DNA of 64,000 nucleotides from the human T2T-CHM13v2.0 reference genome, Homo sapiens, in assembly GCA_009914755.4 (NCBI GenBank), contig CP086569.2, positions 5,120,001 through 5,184,000 on the forward strand. The letters run 5' to 3'. The position numbers and the translations under genes are program-made. The notes under the pieces were generated by a model. That model did not search any database, had not been told where the DNA came from, and saw nothing but the letters and a program-made list of their open reading frames with translations. This document shows positions 60,829 through 64,000 of the stretch, piece after piece (within the stretch, counting starts at the first letter, position 1; the number at the start of each line of letters is the position of its first letter).

Positions 60829-63251
60829 ATACCTCTCTGGTTCCTCAATATAAACGGGCTTACTGTGTTTGCAACTCAAGCTATCATAGCCATAATAACA
60901 TGGGCTAATTTATTATGTTATTGTGAATAGTGACACATTTTTGAAAGGTAAACATACAGAATTAGATGGATGGCAAGTATAAGGCAGTTTATAATATTTT
61001 AAATGTATGATCATAACTACGCTGAATGAAATTTATTATAGTGACTTTGTTAAGGCATAGATAGAATTTTCCATTTATGTACACCTGTAATTTATTTGTA
61101 TATAAACAGCCAATTTATTTTATTTTATTCATTTATTTGTGAAGGTATAAATTTTTTCTTATATATAAAAATATTTCCTAGATTTTATTTTTATTTTTAT
61201 TAGAGATAAAAACCATTGACAGTTATTTTCTTTCTGAGGAAATAAGAGATCCTGACTCCAATGTAGGAGAGGGCATCTGAGGTTTTCAGCAATATACTGA
61301 AATCACACACCTGTGCCATGTTACTGTTTAGAAAGGTATTCACATTTGGTCTTCAGACAGAAGGCACAAAATCTGTGTTTTGCAAATTCCAAAGATGTTG
61401 AACTCTTTAAAAGGATCATAGAGTTGATATTAAATAAAATTTCATTAAATGTATTATCTTGAACGTGTAGCGAACAACCTTGCTGATTTATAATTTCAGG
61501 AAATACAAAATTTGATAAGATATATATTTCTCGGAAGAGTCTTGAAATTGCAAGAAGCTACAATTTGCTCCATTTATGTTATGTACATAAAAGTATGTAG
61601 ATACAAAAAAGCATACAATATATGTGAGAAAAAAGTCATAGCCATAAACCAATATGAAAAAAAATGGGCCAAATACCTGGCAAAAACATAAATAAGGTAA
61701 TATAAACTAGACATTTTGAAAGGTTATTTTGAGCATTATGGATTGCAGGGATGTATAATTCAAATAAAGCTTCTAGGCTTTAGAACAAAATAGCTTCCCT
61801 ATCATTGTATTTTAATCCTCTATTTTTGAAACTTCAAAAAATAGGGAAATGGATTGGCTAAACATTATGATATAATCTAAGGCTAAACATATGGAACCAA
61901 TGACAACATAACATCAACTTTTTCTCTCTACAGATGTAGATGCTATATATTATAGGTATTTTTAATGTAAAAATATTAGAGACTTTTGAGTCAGCAAGTT
62001 CAGACAGTCCTAAAAATCTACTATCTCCATTTTCAATTTTATACTTGGAATAAATGATCAACATTTGTTCTGAAGATAAAAAATTCCCCTATACCTTGTG
62101 TCACTAAACTATCTTTAATTTACTTTGTTTAGCACAGCAAAATGACTCCTGGTAGAAATACATAGTTGTGATTATATTTACTTGTGTAATGAACTAAGAG
62201 TTAATCTCTAATAAGAATATGATCATAAGTAACAAATACACATTAAGCAAGGGTGCCACTGATCTTCTTTCCTCCATAAATCATTGTTTTAGTTGTAGGT
62301 CTATCATGCCCTGTTAAATAAGAATATAGAAATGGGATAAGTATCATTTTTATAAACTAGAAAGAGTTGATTCATTTGTACATGATGTGTTACTAAGCCT
62401 CTTTCATAGAGGATTGCATAGCAACAATTAAAGAGTAAACTCAGAGTAAGCATCCACAGTGCACATCTCACCCTGAAATAAAATTCCAACTGAATGAGAC
62501 TCAAATGGAATACTGTTGATAATAGTAGGAGAATTGGTATGTGTCAGAAATAGTAAAACATTTAACATTAAATATAGCTTTATTAATCCCAATTATATTT
62601 AGAAATAAGTAGTTGTTTTAAAAAGTATTCAAATGCATAGTTCTTAACAGAAGCTGGTCTTGTTTATAGTTAAGGATATAAGTGCTAGCATCAATGTATT
62701 AGCTGACATACTTAGGGGCTTTTTTTAAAAAAGGGTGCTTTCTGTTAGGAGCTAAACATTTCTCTCTTCTAATTATATTTACACTATTATCTTGAACATT
62801 AAATATCTTGTTCATATTTACTCTACAGGATGAAGGACTCACAAAATTTGCATTAAAAACTTTAGTTGCTCAATCGATTTTATTTTAAAATCTAGATGTC
62901 TGTGGGCAATGATAATAGTAAAACAAATTGTATATTTTGCTGCTTATTATTTTAATAAACTTATGCAAAGGGTAGATATAATTAAAAATGAATGCCCATT
63001 TTCTACAAGTCTAACAATATTGTTAAGCGAATGTTTAAATGTTATTTTTTTACTATGAATAATACTAACAAACTGCTCTCCTACTAAATGTGAAACCTCC
63101 CCCTAAATCATGTTCCAAGAAAATTTTTGTTAGGAGTTTTGTTTTGGGACAGTCAGAGACCTTACTAAAAGTGCAAGAAGCACAATAATTTACTTGAAAT
63201 GAAGCTCCATTGTCTTAATGTGTCACGGTAGTGAAATGTTTAACATAGTAC

Positions 63252-63286
63252 GTGTGTGTGTGTGTGTGTGTGAGTGTGTGTGTGTT
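63252..63286. repeat. (GT)n microsatellite (~16 units, one GA interruption)
   Basis: gtgtgtgtgtgtgtgtgtgtgagtgtgtgtgtgtt. Confidence 0.9.
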
Positions 63287-64000
63287 GTTTTAATTAAAAA
63301 GAAAAAACATAGCTGGTTTAGAATTGGCCATAGCAAAGTAATCTCTTTAGGCTAATACTGATGATAAGGTATTTTGATTCTTCAAAAAGCAAAGCTATAG
63401 CTCTGAAATAGCACCCGATAATGGGTTTTATGATATGGAGCAGATGCCAATAAACTGTGCATTGTTTGTCAATAGCACCACTGATAGGAATGTAAAGTGT
63501 TAGAGGAAATAAATGCTGTCCTTAAGCAATGGAATTAATTTATGCAGTTCCCATTTCACATTTTGAAATGTATTACATCTTCAATCTGCTTTCTTTCTTG
63601 CTAGTGAATTGCCAAAATAGCACATAGTTCTGCAAATCCTTTGTAAATTCACAAAACAGGAATAAACATGACATTTATGAATAAGGGTATTCTGTAAAAT
63701 TTGCTAGAGGGATTTATTAATACTGCTTTAAAAATATAGTTCCCTGGTTGATAAAAATCTGCTGCTTAGGTGAAGAAATCACACAATTCATTCTCTTAAG
63801 TCTTTTGCCAAGACTATTAACTTTTCTTTTTAAAATAAAGAAAACAAACTCAAGCCAATTATTACTTTTTGAGGAGACAAAGTCAATAAAATATCCTGTC
63901 TCATTCCATCTGAAGACTTTGTAATTTTTAAATTTTATAATTGCAATCTCTTTACTGTGGCCATTGGACTAAGGGTCACTTAATGCCATTCTATACAGTT

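Noticed and set aside
60633-60908. Track ORF of 91 aa starting [24 protein letters not shown]…
   Set aside because: It is the +1 frame of the real protocadherin exon and runs through the GTAAGT donor into the intron. The correct frame is the one giving [21 protein letters not shown]…

Overview
This 64-kb window is not prokaryotic. It is AT-rich primate (human-like) genomic DNA dominated by interspersed repeats. These include several L1 fragments of different ages on both strands and a complete THE1/MST-type ERVL-MaLR element with both LTRs and an intact 5-bp target-site duplication. There is also a ~1.5-kb ERV1-type solo LTR, at least six Alu copies plus free Alu monomers, DNA-transposon remnants and many simple repeats. 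By my own rough annotation about 35-40% of the window is recognisable repeat.

The only convincing protein-coding sequence is one 200-bp internal exon (60623-60822, + strand). It has canonical AG/GT splice sites and encodes the RRVTF (PP1-binding, CM3) motif of a delta1-protocadherin cytoplasmic tail. My best recollection is PCDH11X/Y, but PCDH7 or PCDH9 are not excluded. The window is therefore most likely intron, one exon, then intron of that gene.

Nearly all ORFs in the supplied six-frame track are translation artefacts inside repeats: L1 ORF1/ORF2 remnants, low-complexity tracts and stop-poor GC-rich LTR sequence. I find no CRISPR array, operon or defence-system-like gene cluster, so the 'novel system' hypothesis is not supported.

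Things worth a second look:
- an isolated CpG-rich ~300-bp segment (43490-43790);
- an LTR with promoter-like motifs on the same strand about 9 kb upstream of the exon;
- a complex nested-L1 rearrangement with a 3'-truncated younger L1 that keeps its 5' end;
- a ~125-bp tandem duplication;
- potentially unstable tracts: (CAG)13, a ~185-bp polypyrimidine mirror repeat, and a pure A50.
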